DNA from: Candidatus Latescibacterota bacterium
GTDB lineage: Bacteria > Latescibacterota > UBA2968 > GCA-2709665
Direction: 5' to 3'
NCBI GenBank assembly: GCA_965237675.1
Contig: OZ250150.1
Coordinates: 3,040,001-3,104,000 of the forward strand
Length of the DNA stretch: 64,000 bases
Both the position numbers and the translations under genes were made by a program. The notes beneath the pieces were generated by a model. It was given only the letters and a program-made list of their open reading frames with translations, ran no database searches and had not been told where the DNA came from. How positions within the stretch are numbered: position 1 is the first letter of the stretch; every line of letters begins with the position of its first letter. Positions 48,658 to 59,358 of the stretch are shown piece by piece.

Positions 48658-49758
48658 TCAGTTCACAATCTCGTACCGGGTGTTGCGTCTCGCCGGCCTG
48701 TATCCGGCGCCCCGGATGAGGCGTAACATGGTCGGTAGATTCATGTCGTCGGTGTGGTTGGTACCGGCGGCGGAGACGACATTTTCTTCCATCATGGTGC
48801 TACCGAAGTCGTTGACGCCGTATTTGAGACCGACCTGGGCGATTTTGGGGCCCTGTGTCACCCACGAGGCCTGAAAACTTGGAATATTGTCCAGGAAAAT
48901 CCGGGAGACGGCAATGGTGCGCAGGTAGTCGTAGCCAGTGGCTATCTTCCCGGCCCAACGGGCGTTGTCGGCGGCCAGATCGGTGTCGTCCGGCTGAAAA
49001 TTCCACGCAATGAAGGCGGTCAGGCCGCCGGTGTCGTCCTGGAGGTCCCGGATGTGTTTCAGGTGTTCGAGCCGCTGTTCGACGGTTTCGACGTGTCCGT
49101 ACATCATAGTGGCGGTGGTGTGCATGCCCAGTTCGTGCGCGGCGCGATGTACCGCCAGCCATTCGTCCACACGGTCCTTGCGGAAGCCGATAATGTCGCG
49201 AACCTCGTCCGAGAGGATCTCGGCGCCGGCGCCGGGAATGGAATCCAGTCCGGCGTCCCGCAGGCGGCGGATACAGGCCGGGATGGACAGACGCGAGATA
49301 TGCGCGATATAGATGATTTCGGTGGCAGAGAGGCAGTGCTGGTGGACGGACGGGTAGCGTTCCCGAATACTGGAGAACAGATCTTCATAATAGTCGATGC
49401 GCAGCTTGGGATTCAGGCCGCCCTGCATGAGGATTTCGTTTGATTTGGGCGTACGCCCCCCTGCAGCGACCAATTCATCGATTTTCCGGAAGATCTCGTC
49501 CCGGGGCAGGACGTACCCTTCGGTCGACCCGGGAGGGCGGTAGAACGCACAGAAATCGCAGCGCACCCAGCACACGTTTGTGTAATTGATGTTGCGGCCG
49601 ATGTTGTAGGTCACCACGTCTTCCGGCCACTTGCGCCTGCGCACGGCGTCCGCGAGCATGCCCAGTTCCGTGACGTTGGGATGGGCCATAAGCCGGCGGG
49701 CATCGTCTACCGAGATACGCTTTTGTGCGTCGATTTTTTCGGCAATATCATCGATCAT
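48658..49758 (-). CDS. mqnC: cyclic dehypoxanthinyl futalosine synthase
   Basis: RNINYTNVCWVRCDFCAFYR, QASWVTQG and DFGSTMMEENVV. Confidence 0.9.
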   Translation of the reverse strand: MIDDIAEKIDAQKRISVDDARRLMAHPNVTELGMLADAVRRRKWPEDVVTYNIGRNINYTNVCWVRCDFCAFYRPPGSTEGYVLPRDEIFRKIDELVAAGGRTPKSNEILMQGGLNPKLRIDYYEDLFSSIRERYPSVHQHCLSATEIIYIAHISRLSIPACIRRLRDAGLDSIPGAGAEILSDEVRDIIGFRKDRVDEWLAVHRAAHELGMHTTATMMYGHVETVEQRLEHLKHIRDLQDDTGGLTAFIAWNFQPDDTDLAADNARWAGKIATGYDYLRTIAVSRIFLDNIPSFQASWVTQGPKIAQVGLKYGVNDFGSTMMEENVVSAAGTNHTDDMNLPTMLRLIRGAGYRPARRNTRYEIVN

Positions 49759-49855
49759 CGGTGAGTTCTCCAATCCGTATGTTTCTTGGCGGCTTTCTCG
49801 AATTGGCAATGCCTCGGAACGGGTGCGAGGTGGGTAGCGCGGCCGTCAGCCCGCT

Positions 49856-51040
49856 TCATGGGAGCGCGGGCAACCCGCCAGGGATGGTAACAGGGGCCTC
49901 GTCTTGCGGGGTCTCCGGTTCGGTGCGGAGCTCGTTGTAGAGGTTGTCGCGTTCCGCGGGTTTGCGTCCGGCTTCAATAATGCGTTCCACCAGTTGTTTC
50001 CGGGTGAGAACCTGGCGGGTTTCCTCGTACGTGCGCCTCGTGATTTCGTATTCCTGGATGGTGCCGTCGATGTCGTCGGCGCCGTACCAGAGGGCGACCT
50101 GCGAGATTTCGATGGTGTTCATAATCCAGAACGACTTGATATGCGGGAAATTGTCCAGCATGAGTCGGGCGACGGCGATTTCGCGCAGGTCGGCTTCGCC
50201 GGTGGGCGCGGGCAGGTGTTCCAGTTCGGTGCGTTCGGGGTGGAAGGAGAGCGGGATGTAGGCCAGAAAACCGTGGGTCTCGTCCTGGAGTTCACGGAGG
50301 CTGACCAGGTGCTGAACCCGTTCATCCGGATTCTCTATGTGCCCGTAAAGCATGGTGGCGTTGGTGGGCAGGCCCACTTCGTGTGCGGTTCGTGCAACCC
50401 GAAGCCATTCGTCGGAGTCGGCCTTGGTCCAGAACATCTCCGCCTGGACACGATCGCTGAAAACTTCCGCGCCCCCGCCGGGGATGGACGAAACGCCCGC
50501 TGCTTTGAGTTCCAGCATGACGTCCCGGAGCGGTTTTTTCGCGGCTCTGGCGATTTGCACCCATTCGATCGCCGTAAACGCCTTTACGGCGACGTCCGGG
50601 CGGATTTGCTTGACGGCGTGTACGATGTCGATATAGTAGGAATAGGGCAGTTTGGGGTTGATTCCCGCCACCATGTGGATTTCGGTGATGGGAATGTGCA
50701 GATATTGTCTCACGCGTTCCTGGATGTCGTCCGGCGAAAGCACATATCCTCGACGGTCTTTCGGCGGCACGTAAAAGGAACAGAATCTACAGAGCTTGTT
50801 GCAGATGTTGGTGTAGTTGATGTGCTGGTTTCGCACGTACCAGGCCACGTCTCCGCAGATACGTTCGCGTACGATATTCGCCATGTACCCCACCGCGTTG
50901 AGATTCGGCGTCTCGTAAAGCCGCATACCGTCGTCGGCGGAGAGGCGTTCATTCGCGGTAATTTTGTCGTAGATGTGTTTGAGTTCTATCGGGATCTTCG
51001 GTTTCACCGGGGCATCCTTCCCGTCGTGGCGGACCTTCAA
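49856..51040 (-). CDS. mqnE: aminofutalosine synthase
   Basis: HINYTNICNKLCRFCSF, LDNFPHIKSFWIM and GADDIDGT. Confidence 0.9.
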   Translation of the reverse strand: MKVRHDGKDAPVKPKIPIELKHIYDKITANERLSADDGMRLYETPNLNAVGYMANIVRERICGDVAWYVRNQHINYTNICNKLCRFCSFYVPPKDRRGYVLSPDDIQERVRQYLHIPITEIHMVAGINPKLPYSYYIDIVHAVKQIRPDVAVKAFTAIEWVQIARAAKKPLRDVMLELKAAGVSSIPGGGAEVFSDRVQAEMFWTKADSDEWLRVARTAHEVGLPTNATMLYGHIENPDERVQHLVSLRELQDETHGFLAYIPLSFHPERTELEHLPAPTGEADLREIAVARLMLDNFPHIKSFWIMNTIEISQVALWYGADDIDGTIQEYEITRRTYEETRQVLTRKQLVERIIEAGRKPAERDNLYNELRTEPETPQDEAPVTIPGGLPALP

Positions 51041-52737
51041 TTCTGGCTCAACATTTCGCGGGCGTGTTCCATCGTAAGGTCGGATATATTCTCCCCGCCG
51101 AGAAGTTTTGCAAGCTCCCGGGCGCGGTCTTCGGCTCCCAGGTGGATCACCCGGGTGACGGTGCGGCCATTCGACACGGCCTTATGTACGGCCAGATGGG
51201 TATCCGCCATTCTGGCGATTTGTGGGAGATGGGTAATCGAAATGGTCTGGCGTGCGCGTGACAGGCTCTTGAGTTTCTTGCCCACCACGTCGGCAATGCG
51301 GCCGGAGATGCCGATGTCGATTTCGTCGAAGATGAGAACCTGTACCGGATCCGATTGGGAGAGTACGGATTTCAGGGCAAGCATGATCCGGGAAATCTCG
51401 CCGCCTGAAGCCACCTTGACCAGCGGCCTGAGGGCTTCGCCGGGGTTCGTGGAGATGTGGAACTCGACGCGATCGATGCCCTTCGGACCCACGCGAAACC
51501 GCCTGTTGTCCAGGCTTACCCAACCGTCGGCTGACTCGTTCCGGAGGCACTCAACTCGGAAATCGGCCCGGGGTATCCCCAGGTCACCGAGTGCTTCCCT
51601 GGTTTTTCGGGAGAGGTCACGCGCGGCAGCTTCACGCGCCTTGGATAGCCTGGCGCACAGTTGCGTCAGACCGTCGCGGGCGGCGTCGATTTCGCCTTCG
51701 ATCTTCGCCAGCGAACGGTCCAGACGCTCCGATTGCGCCAGTTCCTCATCCGCGTTTTCGCGGTGCTCAAGTACCGTATCGAGGCTGCCGCCGTATTTCT
51801 TCTTCAGGTGCGCCAGGAGATCCAGGCGCCCTGTGACCTCGGCCAGACGTTCCGGGTTGTGCTCGACACTGCGTGCATAGTCGGAAAAAAACCGCGCCAG
51901 TTCTTCGATGACATAGCGCTGGGCGGCCAGTTCATCGGATTGAAGGCGGAGCGTTTCGTCCATTTGTACGGCATCTCTCAGGAGGTGTTCGGCCGCGCCC
52001 AGACGATCCACGACAGAGTCGTCGCCCTGGTAGAGCAGGGTTTCCAGGTGGATGGCGGTTTCGATGAGGCGTTCCGCGTGGGTAAGGAGGGACCGTTCCT
52101 GCAGGAGATGCTCGTCCTCGTCCGGTTCCGGATCCGCCGAAGCGATCTCCTCAACCTGAAATTCAAGAAGTTCCCGCCGGTCGCGCATCCGTTGCGCTTC
52201 GGCATTGGCGTTTTCACGCCTTGCAAGGAGGTCGGACAGACGGCTGTGCGCAATGCCGACCGATTCCCGGAGTTTACCCAGGTCGCCGAACCCGTCCAGA
52301 AAGTCGATGTGACGTTCCACATCCAGAAGGGATTGGTGGTCGTGTTGGCCATGAAGGTCAACCAGAGCCCTGGCCAGGTCGAGCAGGCTGCGAACGGGTA
52401 CGGCGAGGCCGTTGACGAAACAGCGGCTTCGGCCATTCGCGACGACCTCCCGGCGGATAATGAGTTCACCCTGCTCGGCCTGGATGCCCATGGCGTCCAG
52501 GAGCGGCAGACACCCGTGATCGGGCCGCAACTGAAGAATGGCCTCAACAATGCACCGCTTTTCGTCGGTACGGATCACTTCCGGGCTCGCGCGCATCCCC
52601 AGAACCAGTCCCAGCGCGCCGATGAGGATGGATTTACCCGCACCGGTTTCGCCCGTGATGATATTCAACCCGGGACCGAATTCGATTTCAACTCTGTCGA
52701 TCAGCGCATAGTTGACGACAAGCAGTCGGCAAAGCAC
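51037..52737 (-). CDS. recN: DNA repair protein RecN
   Basis: TGETGAGKS, ASGGEISR and FDEIDIG. Confidence 0.95.
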   Translation of the reverse strand: MLCRLLVVNYALIDRVEIEFGPGLNIITGETGAGKSILIGALGLVLGMRASPEVIRTDEKRCIVEAILQLRPDHGCLPLLDAMGIQAEQGELIIRREVVANGRSRCFVNGLAVPVRSLLDLARALVDLHGQHDHQSLLDVERHIDFLDGFGDLGKLRESVGIAHSRLSDLLARRENANAEAQRMRDRRELLEFQVEEIASADPEPDEDEHLLQERSLLTHAERLIETAIHLETLLYQGDDSVVDRLGAAEHLLRDAVQMDETLRLQSDELAAQRYVIEELARFFSDYARSVEHNPERLAEVTGRLDLLAHLKKKYGGSLDTVLEHRENADEELAQSERLDRSLAKIEGEIDAARDGLTQLCARLSKAREAAARDLSRKTREALGDLGIPRADFRVECLRNESADGWVSLDNRRFRVGPKGIDRVEFHISTNPGEALRPLVKVASGGEISRIMLALKSVLSQSDPVQVLIFDEIDIGISGRIADVVGKKLKSLSRARQTISITHLPQIARMADTHLAVHKAVSNGRTVTRVIHLGAEDRARELAKLLGGENISDLTMEHAREMLSQN

Positions 52738-52739
52738 GG

Positions 52740-53606
52740 TCAGGACTCCTGCGGTCCACGCCGGTCCAGGCTCCAATCCAGTTTGCGCCTGAGCAACTGG
52801 TAGAAGGAAAGTCCCTGAAGGTTGATCAACCGGATGGTGTGAGCGGCCTGGCGGATGTGAACGCGTCCTTCGGGCTGAATGGGTGAGACGATTTTGCCAT
52901 CGGCGGTGACCATGAAATCGCTGTGTTCGGCGATCACCTGGACGGTGATCGCCTGATTTCCCGGTATGACGGCCGGACGCAGCGACAGCGAATGTGCGCA
53001 AATGGGCGTGATAATGAATGCACGCATATCCGGATGGAGGATTGGACCTCCCGCCGAGAGGCTGTAGCTGGTTGATCCGGTTGGCGTGGATATGATTATG
53101 CCGTTTCCGAAAAAGGAACTGAACGGCGTGTCTGAAATCCAGGTCTTCACCTGGACGAGGCGGGCAAGCACCCTTTTTTCGATGACGATTTCGTTAAGCG
53201 CGAAAAAGGTCCTGTTGCCAATGACCGCTTCCAGGGTCATGCGTTCTTCAAGCTGGTATTCTCCTCGCTTCAATCTGCCGAGACTTTCTCCCAACTCTTC
53301 GGGCGCAGCCCCCGCCAGAAACCCAAGCCGGCCGAGGTTGACGCCCAGAATGGGTATTTGCGTGGATGCGACCAGTTTGGCGGCCCGGAGTATAGTGCCG
53401 TCTCCACCCAGGGCAACGACAATATCCGAGTGCCCGGCCAACTCGGCGGCCGGGCAGAAGGTAACCCCATTGGAGACACGGATTTTCCGTAACGGTTCCT
53501 CCAGAATGAGCTCGATGCCCCGGTCGTGGGCAAGCTGCACGAAATTCTGGATGGTGGGACCGATGCCGTCCCGTTCGATATATGCCAGTATGCCAATACG
53601 TTTCAT
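52740..53606 (-). CDS. nadK: NAD kinase
   Basis: GGDGTIL, LNE and TPTGSTSYSLSAGG. Confidence 0.95.
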   Translation of the reverse strand: MKRIGILAYIERDGIGPTIQNFVQLAHDRGIELILEEPLRKIRVSNGVTFCPAAELAGHSDIVVALGGDGTILRAAKLVASTQIPILGVNLGRLGFLAGAAPEELGESLGRLKRGEYQLEERMTLEAVIGNRTFFALNEIVIEKRVLARLVQVKTWISDTPFSSFFGNGIIISTPTGSTSYSLSAGGPILHPDMRAFIITPICAHSLSLRPAVIPGNQAITVQVIAEHSDFMVTADGKIVSPIQPEGRVHIRQAAHTIRLINLQGLSFYQLLRRKLDWSLDRRGPQES

Positions 53607-53752
53607 AGGGGCCGGGAGCCGGTGAGACGATGATTTAGTTCTGCTGTCTTAATGTAGCCTGAATTCGAAGATTTCGCAATCGGTGTTCCCCTCCCCAGTG
53701 TTCTTTTCCGGAAATAGATTGCCGAATGGTGACATATTTCCGGGAAAAAACA

Positions 53753-53998
53753 CTAGTCCCCGGCATCCTCCACGGCATCCAGTTCGGTGAGCCGGAAATC
53801 GTTACCACCTTCGGTTGCCAGGACTTCGACACGCTGTTTGGCTTCTTCCAGCCGCGCCCGACACAGGTTTGACGCCTTCAATCCCTCTTCAAAGAGGCGG
53901 AGTGCTTCCGCCAGGGGCAGATTTCCGGCTTCAAGGGTTTCAACCGCGGTTTCCAGCTGCTTGAGCGCGTCTTCGAATGTGGGTTCTTCTCCGGCCAT
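53753..53998 (-). CDS. xseB: exodeoxyribonuclease VII small subunit
   Basis: FEDALKQLE..V..LE.G.LPL; downstream of xseA. Confidence 0.9.
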   Translation of the reverse strand: MAGEEPTFEDALKQLETAVETLEAGNLPLAEALRLFEEGLKASNLCRARLEEAKQRVEVLATEGGNDFRLTELDAVEDAGD

Positions 53999-54180
53999 TG
54001 GACTCCTCATGGGGTTGAAGGGCTCATCCTGGGTCAGGGCACTGGGTTTCGAATGGGTCAGGGAGGCATCCGCGCGGCGACGACCCGGCGGTGTCCGCAT
54101 CGGGCGGCACACGGCGGCTAGTGTGAGATCGTCTCCCGGTTCACGCCGCCGGCATCGACATCCCGGAATGCCGCTCCCGA

Positions 54181-55398
54181 TCAACGATCCGTCCGGTTTG
54201 CGGTCATCACACGGTTGACCGTGCAGGATAATTCACCTTCCGACAGTCGAATACGGACTTGCTCGTCTTCGGAAAGGGTTTCCGCGCGGGTGACCAGTTC
54301 GTTGTTGTCGGCCCGGTGCGTGAGGCTGTACCCGCGGCTCAGGACCGAGAGCGGGCTGAGGGTCCCGAGTTCGCCGGTGTTGCGGCGGTACGATTCCAGG
54401 CGCCTGTCGAATATGCGCCGGATATTGTTCTGAAGGCCCTTCTGAAGGTCGTCGATGGCCTGGAAATTCTGGAAGATGTTGTCTTCCACCTTCCGCAGTC
54501 CGTACCGGCCCAGGTAACCGTCGAGTAGATCTTCGTTTTCTTTCAGATAGCGATTGAGCGCTGCAAAAGAACGACTGGCGAGGTTGTGGATTCTGGCGCG
54601 TAACTCGGCTGCGTCGCGAACGGCCAGTTCGGCGGCCGCGGAGGGCGTGGGTGCCCTGCAATCGGCGGCGAGGTCGGCCAGGGTGATGTCGATTTCGTGA
54701 CCGACGGCGGATATGACGGGAATGGTTGAGCCGCAAATGGCTCGAACGACGATCTCCGTGTTGAATGCGGCCAGTTCTTCGGCCGCACCCCCGCCGCGCC
54801 CGACAATCAGCACGTCAACCTTTCCGTGAGCGTTCAGTTCATTGATGGCCAGCGCGATGTCCTCGGGGGCACCGGCGCCCTGAACCAGAGTCGGGCGGAG
54901 TACGATGTCGACCCCGCGGAATCGCCTTTCCAATACATTCAGAATGTCTCGAATCGCTGCTCCCGTACGCGAGGTAACCACACCGATTGAGTGTGGGAAC
55001 GCCGGCAGCGGGCGTTTCCGCGCCTGCTCGAACAGACCCTCTTCCTGGAGTTTGCGTTTCAACGCTTCCAGGGCCAGTTGCTGCTGGCCGCTGCCCGCCG
55101 GGAAAAGCTGCGTGACGTTTAACTGATACTCCCCGTTGCGTTCGTACACCGTTATCCGACCCCGGGCGAGTACCTTAACGCCGGTTTCGGGTTTGAATGC
55201 CGGCGTGGCGGAACGCCACATCACGCATCGAAGCTGGCAGTTCCGGTCCGTCAAGGTGAAATAGCGATGGCCGGAAGCCGCCTGATTGTACTGGGATATT
55301 TCGCCGACGATCCAGAGGACGGGGAATTCCGTTTCCAGGTTCTGCCGGATTGCCTGCGTTATTTCGGTAACGGTGTAGGGCCGGTCCGCCACGTTCAA
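54181..55398 (-). CDS. xseA: exodeoxyribonuclease VII large subunit
   Basis: SGHRYF, GRGGG, SAVGHE and APTPSAAAE. Confidence 0.95.
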   Translation of the reverse strand: MNVADRPYTVTEITQAIRQNLETEFPVLWIVGEISQYNQAASGHRYFTLTDRNCQLRCVMWRSATPAFKPETGVKVLARGRITVYERNGEYQLNVTQLFPAGSGQQQLALEALKRKLQEEGLFEQARKRPLPAFPHSIGVVTSRTGAAIRDILNVLERRFRGVDIVLRPTLVQGAGAPEDIALAINELNAHGKVDVLIVGRGGGAAEELAAFNTEIVVRAICGSTIPVISAVGHEIDITLADLAADCRAPTPSAAAELAVRDAAELRARIHNLASRSFAALNRYLKENEDLLDGYLGRYGLRKVEDNIFQNFQAIDDLQKGLQNNIRRIFDRRLESYRRNTGELGTLSPLSVLSRGYSLTHRADNNELVTRAETLSEDEQVRIRLSEGELSCTVNRVMTANRTDR

Positions 55399-56183
55399 GA
55401 CTCCTGCCAGTCGATGCGCAGCCGTTCAATGCGGGTGGCTTTTCCGGAAGTGTCTTCGACTTCGACGACGACGCCGCAAAGCTTGATATCGTTTTCAGCC
55501 GGTTCAAACCGAACCGGCGTTCGGTCCAGAAACCGATGGATGACGGCCTCCTTCCGTGCGCCGATGACCGAGTCGTGGGGGCCGGTCATGCCGGCATCCG
55601 ACACGTACGCGGTACCGCCTGGCAAAATCCTCTCATCGGCGGTTTGTACATGCGTGTGGGTGCCAAGAACGGCGCTGGCGCGGCCGTCCATGAACCAGCC
55701 GTATGCGATTTTTTCGGAACTTGCTTCCGCGTGAAAATCGATGACAATCACCGGGGTCTGCTCACGGAGGCGCTCCACGATATCCCTGCCGACGCGAAAG
55801 GGACAGTCCAGGTCGAGCATATGCACGCGGCCCTGGATGCTGACAACGCCGACCAGGACGCCGTTCGAGGCGGTGAAGATACCGTAGCCGACGCCGCCGA
55901 CACTCGCCGGGAAGTTCGCGGGACGCAGAACGCGATCGGCGCCCAATATGAACGGGATGGCGTCCCTGCGATCCCAGACGTGATTTCCCGTGGTGATTAC
56001 GTCGGCGCCGTAGGCGAAGAGTTTCTTCGCGATATTCTGGGTGATGCCGAAGCCCCCGGCCGAGTTTTCTCCATTCGCTATGCAGAAGTCGATACGGTGG
56101 CTCTCCTTGAGCCGGGGAATCAGATCCGCAGCCGCTTTTCTTCCCGGCCGACCGTAGATATCGCCGACAAACAAGATATTCAA
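55395..56183 (-). CDS. ymdB: YmdB-family metallophosphoesterase (TIGR00282)
   Basis: GDIYG, NGENSAGG, DFHAEA and GTHTHVQTAD. Confidence 0.92.
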   Translation of the reverse strand: MNILFVGDIYGRPGRKAAADLIPRLKESHRIDFCIANGENSAGGFGITQNIAKKLFAYGADVITTGNHVWDRRDAIPFILGADRVLRPANFPASVGGVGYGIFTASNGVLVGVVSIQGRVHMLDLDCPFRVGRDIVERLREQTPVIVIDFHAEASSEKIAYGWFMDGRASAVLGTHTHVQTADERILPGGTAYVSDAGMTGPHDSVIGARKEAVIHRFLDRTPVRFEPAENDIKLCGVVVEVEDTSGKATRIERLRIDWQES

Positions 56184-56353
56184 AAGGACACCTTTGAAGA
56201 ACCGTCAACGATTGAGGGCGCGCAATCGCAGGTGAAGGTGGATGATTCGCCTCCGGCAGGGACAGACTCGGAGACGGACACCGGGGAAAAACGGGTGTTT
56301 CAGATACCGGTTCAGCGGGAAGAAGGGACCGGGTGGGAATCGTGCCGGCCGCG

Positions 56354-57940
56354 TCAGCGTGCAAAATCCACCGAGCGCGTTTCCCTGATGACGGTTACCT
56401 TTACCGGTCCCGGGCAAGTGGCATCTTCGGTAATCCGAGAGACGATTTGCGTGGCCAGGCGTTCCGTATCGGCGTCGCTCATCATATCGGAGTCCGCAAC
56501 CACGCGGACCTCCTGTCCGGCCTTGATGGCGAAGACCGATTCCACGCCATGCACCATCTTGGCAATGGACTCCAGTCGTTCCAATCGTCTTACGTAATTC
56601 TCAATCTGTTCACGCTGCGCACCCGGACGGGACCGAGATATGCAATCGGCTGCGTCGACAAGCACGGCAACGGGTGAAACGGGGTCCGCATCTCCGTGAT
56701 GGGCCTCGATCGCGTTGATCACAATCGCGTCTTCACCATATTTCCGCGCGAGGTCCGCTCCGTTCTCTCCGTACGTGCCCTCGGCTTCGTGAGCCAGACC
56801 CTTGCCGATGTCGTGCAGGAATCCGGCGCGTTTGGCCAACTGGGCGTCGAGACCCAGCGACGTGGCCATCATGCCAGAAAGAAAGGCCACCTCTTTACTG
56901 TGATTCAGCACATTCTGACCGTAGCTGGTGCGGAATTTGAGGCGGCCCAGGCATGCGATAAGACGATCGTGCAGGCCCGGTACGCCAACGTCGAATGCCG
57001 CCTGAACGCCGGCATCGTGCATGACCTCCTGGATCGACTCCCTGGACTTCTGCGCGATTTCCTCGATCCGGCCCGGGTGGATACGTCCGTCCAGTATCAG
57101 CTGTTCCATGGCAATCTGGGCAACAGCCCGGCGGATGGGGTCGAACCCCGACAGGATCACTGCTTCAGGCGTGTCGTCGATCGTGACATCCACGCCAGTC
57201 GCCATTTCAAACGCGCGGATGTTCCGCCCTTCCCGTCCGATAATTCGCCCCTTCATCTCGTCGGAGGGAAGGCGTACCACCGCAACGGTGGATTCGATCG
57301 TATGGTCTGCCGCCAAACGCTGAATCGCGCCGGCGACAATTTCCCTGGCTTCGTCGTTGGCGCGGACGAGGGCGTCGTCACGAATCTCCTTGAGCCGCCA
57401 CTCCGCATCGCGCTCCGCCTCTTCTTCCATGTTGGCCATCAGGACGCGTTTCGCCTCTTCCTTCGTGAGTCCGGCGATCTGTTCCAGGCGCCTGGTCTGC
57501 CTCAACCGGCTTTGTTCCAGTTCCTGTTCCCGACTGGCGAGTTGCGTCTCCAGCAGACGGAGTTGCTCATTTTTCTCGGTAGCCAGTTTTTCCTTATCGT
57601 TCAACAGGTCCGCACGTTTGTCAAGCTGCCGTCTCAGGCTGCTCAACTTCATGTCTTCCCTGGAGGAACGACTGCGTTTTTCTTTCAGTTCCTGTTCAAA
57701 CCGGAGCCGCTCCTGCTGTATCCTGTCTTTGGCTTCCAGAACCGACGTCCGTTTCATGGCATCCGCTTCGGTCTGGGCGTCTTCAAGAATCTTTTCCGCG
57801 GAGAGTTCGGCGCGATGAATCTTGCTCTGCGCAATTTTGCCGCTGATCAGCCATCCCAGAATATATCCAAGTATAAGCAGGCCGGCCGACAGCATCATTA
57901 CCGTGACGATTTCCATGGTCGTGTCTATCGGCAGGTTCAT
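56354..57940 (-). CDS. rny: ribonuclease Y
   Basis: N-terminal TM helix, KH domain (KGRIIGREGRNIR), HD domain (LHDIGK). Confidence 0.95.
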   Translation of the reverse strand: MNLPIDTTMEIVTVMMLSAGLLILGYILGWLISGKIAQSKIHRAELSAEKILEDAQTEADAMKRTSVLEAKDRIQQERLRFEQELKEKRSRSSREDMKLSSLRRQLDKRADLLNDKEKLATEKNEQLRLLETQLASREQELEQSRLRQTRRLEQIAGLTKEEAKRVLMANMEEEAERDAEWRLKEIRDDALVRANDEAREIVAGAIQRLAADHTIESTVAVVRLPSDEMKGRIIGREGRNIRAFEMATGVDVTIDDTPEAVILSGFDPIRRAVAQIAMEQLILDGRIHPGRIEEIAQKSRESIQEVMHDAGVQAAFDVGVPGLHDRLIACLGRLKFRTSYGQNVLNHSKEVAFLSGMMATSLGLDAQLAKRAGFLHDIGKGLAHEAEGTYGENGADLARKYGEDAIVINAIEAHHGDADPVSPVAVLVDAADCISRSRPGAQREQIENYVRRLERLESIAKMVHGVESVFAIKAGQEVRVVADSDMMSDADTERLATQIVSRITEDATCPGPVKVTVIRETRSVDFAR

Positions 57941-58169
57941 TTTGGTCTCCCCGTCTTAGAAGCCGTCTTAAAACCCCCAGCGGTCTTCGCGCCTGCCTGC
58001 TGCGGCAGGCAAGGCAGGCGACTGCAAAAGCGTCGGTCGGCGTTGGTTAAAACCCTCCCGTATCTTGAGGTCGAGGCTGCGCGCCCCTCGCGCCTCATGA
58101 CCGCCACCTTTTCGCTCGCGCCCGGGAACTCACCGGGAATTTTAAAACAGCTTCTTATGAAATTCGTGC

Positions 58170-58262
58170 ATAAAAAAACCCGCTTGCATTCATCCGGTTC
58201 CGTACATTCCGTCCGGTTAACAATGATCGCTCCGGATGGTTACAGATGAACGCAGCAGGCAA
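58170..58262 (-). ncRNA. candidate short 6S-like rod-shaped RNA
   Basis: CCTGC-TGCGTTCATC...GATGAATGCA-A-GCGGG closing stem then a T-run; lies downstream of zapA, where ssrS usually sits. Confidence 0.35.
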
Positions 58263-58330
58263 CACCGGAATCGTTGACCCGGCAGGGGTACCGGGAAACG
58301 TCGGCACGCCCTTTCTGTTTGAGGCTGTCT

Positions 58331-58615
58331 CTACGCAATCCGGTTTGTGAAAGACGCCAGATTGTGGGTCTGTTCTGTCAGGGTCTTTCCCAGTTTCTGA
58401 CTGGCCTCTTCCTCTTTGAGCAGTTCGTGGGCGAGATTGACGGCCGCAACGACTGCAATTTTGGCAACCGAACGAAGCGAAATGTAGTTCGCGACATCAC
58501 GCATTTTCTGGTCGACGTACCGGGCTACGGCCCGGGCATGGTCCGGGTCGCCTTCCGTGCAGATCGTGTATTCGGTGCCGAGAATCCGGACGCGTATTGC
58601 CGGTTGATCAGACAT
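58331..58615 (-). CDS. zapA: cell division protein ZapA
   Basis: VRILGTEY...VARYVDQKM...AVVAAVNLAHEL. Confidence 0.9.
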   Translation of the reverse strand: MSDQPAIRVRILGTEYTICTEGDPDHARAVARYVDQKMRDVANYISLRSVAKIAVVAAVNLAHELLKEEEASQKLGKTLTEQTHNLASFTNRIA

Positions 58616-58682
58616 GAAACCTCGGGACATCCGGAGGCGATGTGAAACTCTGGGGGTCGGTATGGATGTCGACGGTGCTGTT

Positions 58683-59156
58683 TTACGCTGTATTCACTGA
58701 ATCCAGACGCGTGATCATGGTTTCGATTTTGCGTTGGATTTCCTCCTTGTTCTCAATCAGAGACGCATTATTGTCGTAAATGGACCGGAGCCGTTCCCTT
58801 TCGGCCCGCAATTCAGAGAGAGCCTGGTCCTGGTTCTCCAGGCGTTGTTGAAGTTCCAGGTTTCTCTGCTCGAGTTCGGCGATTTCCTGTCGTGACTGCT
58901 GGATAATAACGACGGCGCGATCAATTTCACCAATAAGGAGATCCAGCTGTTCCATTACACGAATTTCAGACTCCAGCCCTTCCTCTTCCCGGTCGGACGT
59001 ATCCGGTTGTTCGTCTCCCTGATCCTGCAGATCGAGCCGTGCATCTGCGGGACCGTCCGACCCAGTAGGTTCGTCTGTCTGATCGATAGATCTGAAGGAT
59101 TCTTCTTCTCGATTTCGCGATTCCAGTTGTTCGTTTATCCGATCTTGCGCTTCCAT
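58683..59156 (-). CDS. coiled-coil protein, ZapB-like
   Basis: Heptad repeats ending IETMITRLDS; upstream of zapA. Confidence 0.6.
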   Translation of the reverse strand: MEAQDRINEQLESRNREEESFRSIDQTDEPTGSDGPADARLDLQDQGDEQPDTSDREEEGLESEIRVMEQLDLLIGEIDRAVVIIQQSRQEIAELEQRNLELQQRLENQDQALSELRAERERLRSIYDNNASLIENKEEIQRKIETMITRLDSVNTA

Positions 59157-59246
59157 GTATTCGCCCTTTCATGGCTGACGGATTCTTCACCCTGTTTTTT
59201 TCACAGTCGGGGAACAACAAGACCGTTGCGCAACCCTACGCTACGC

Positions 59247-59275
59247 AATTTAAACTCTCCATGGCCCAAAGTCAA
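59247..59275 (-). promoter_or_regulatory. sigma70-type promoter between rplT and the zapB-like gene
   Basis: TTGACT-17 nt-TAAATT. Confidence 0.5.
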
Positions 59276-59358
59276 GGGTGGGATACCCGACGCCGGGGAG
59301 CGAAAACGGAATCTGAATCGGTGCGAGGGGACGCTTTTCTGATGGATTCCACGATTTG

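Noticed and set aside
49904-58249. Long plus-strand ORFs (49904-51880, 51661-52803, 55536-56597, 56696-58249)
   Set aside because: They are antisense shadows of mqnE, recN, ymdB and rny, typical of GC-rich DNA.
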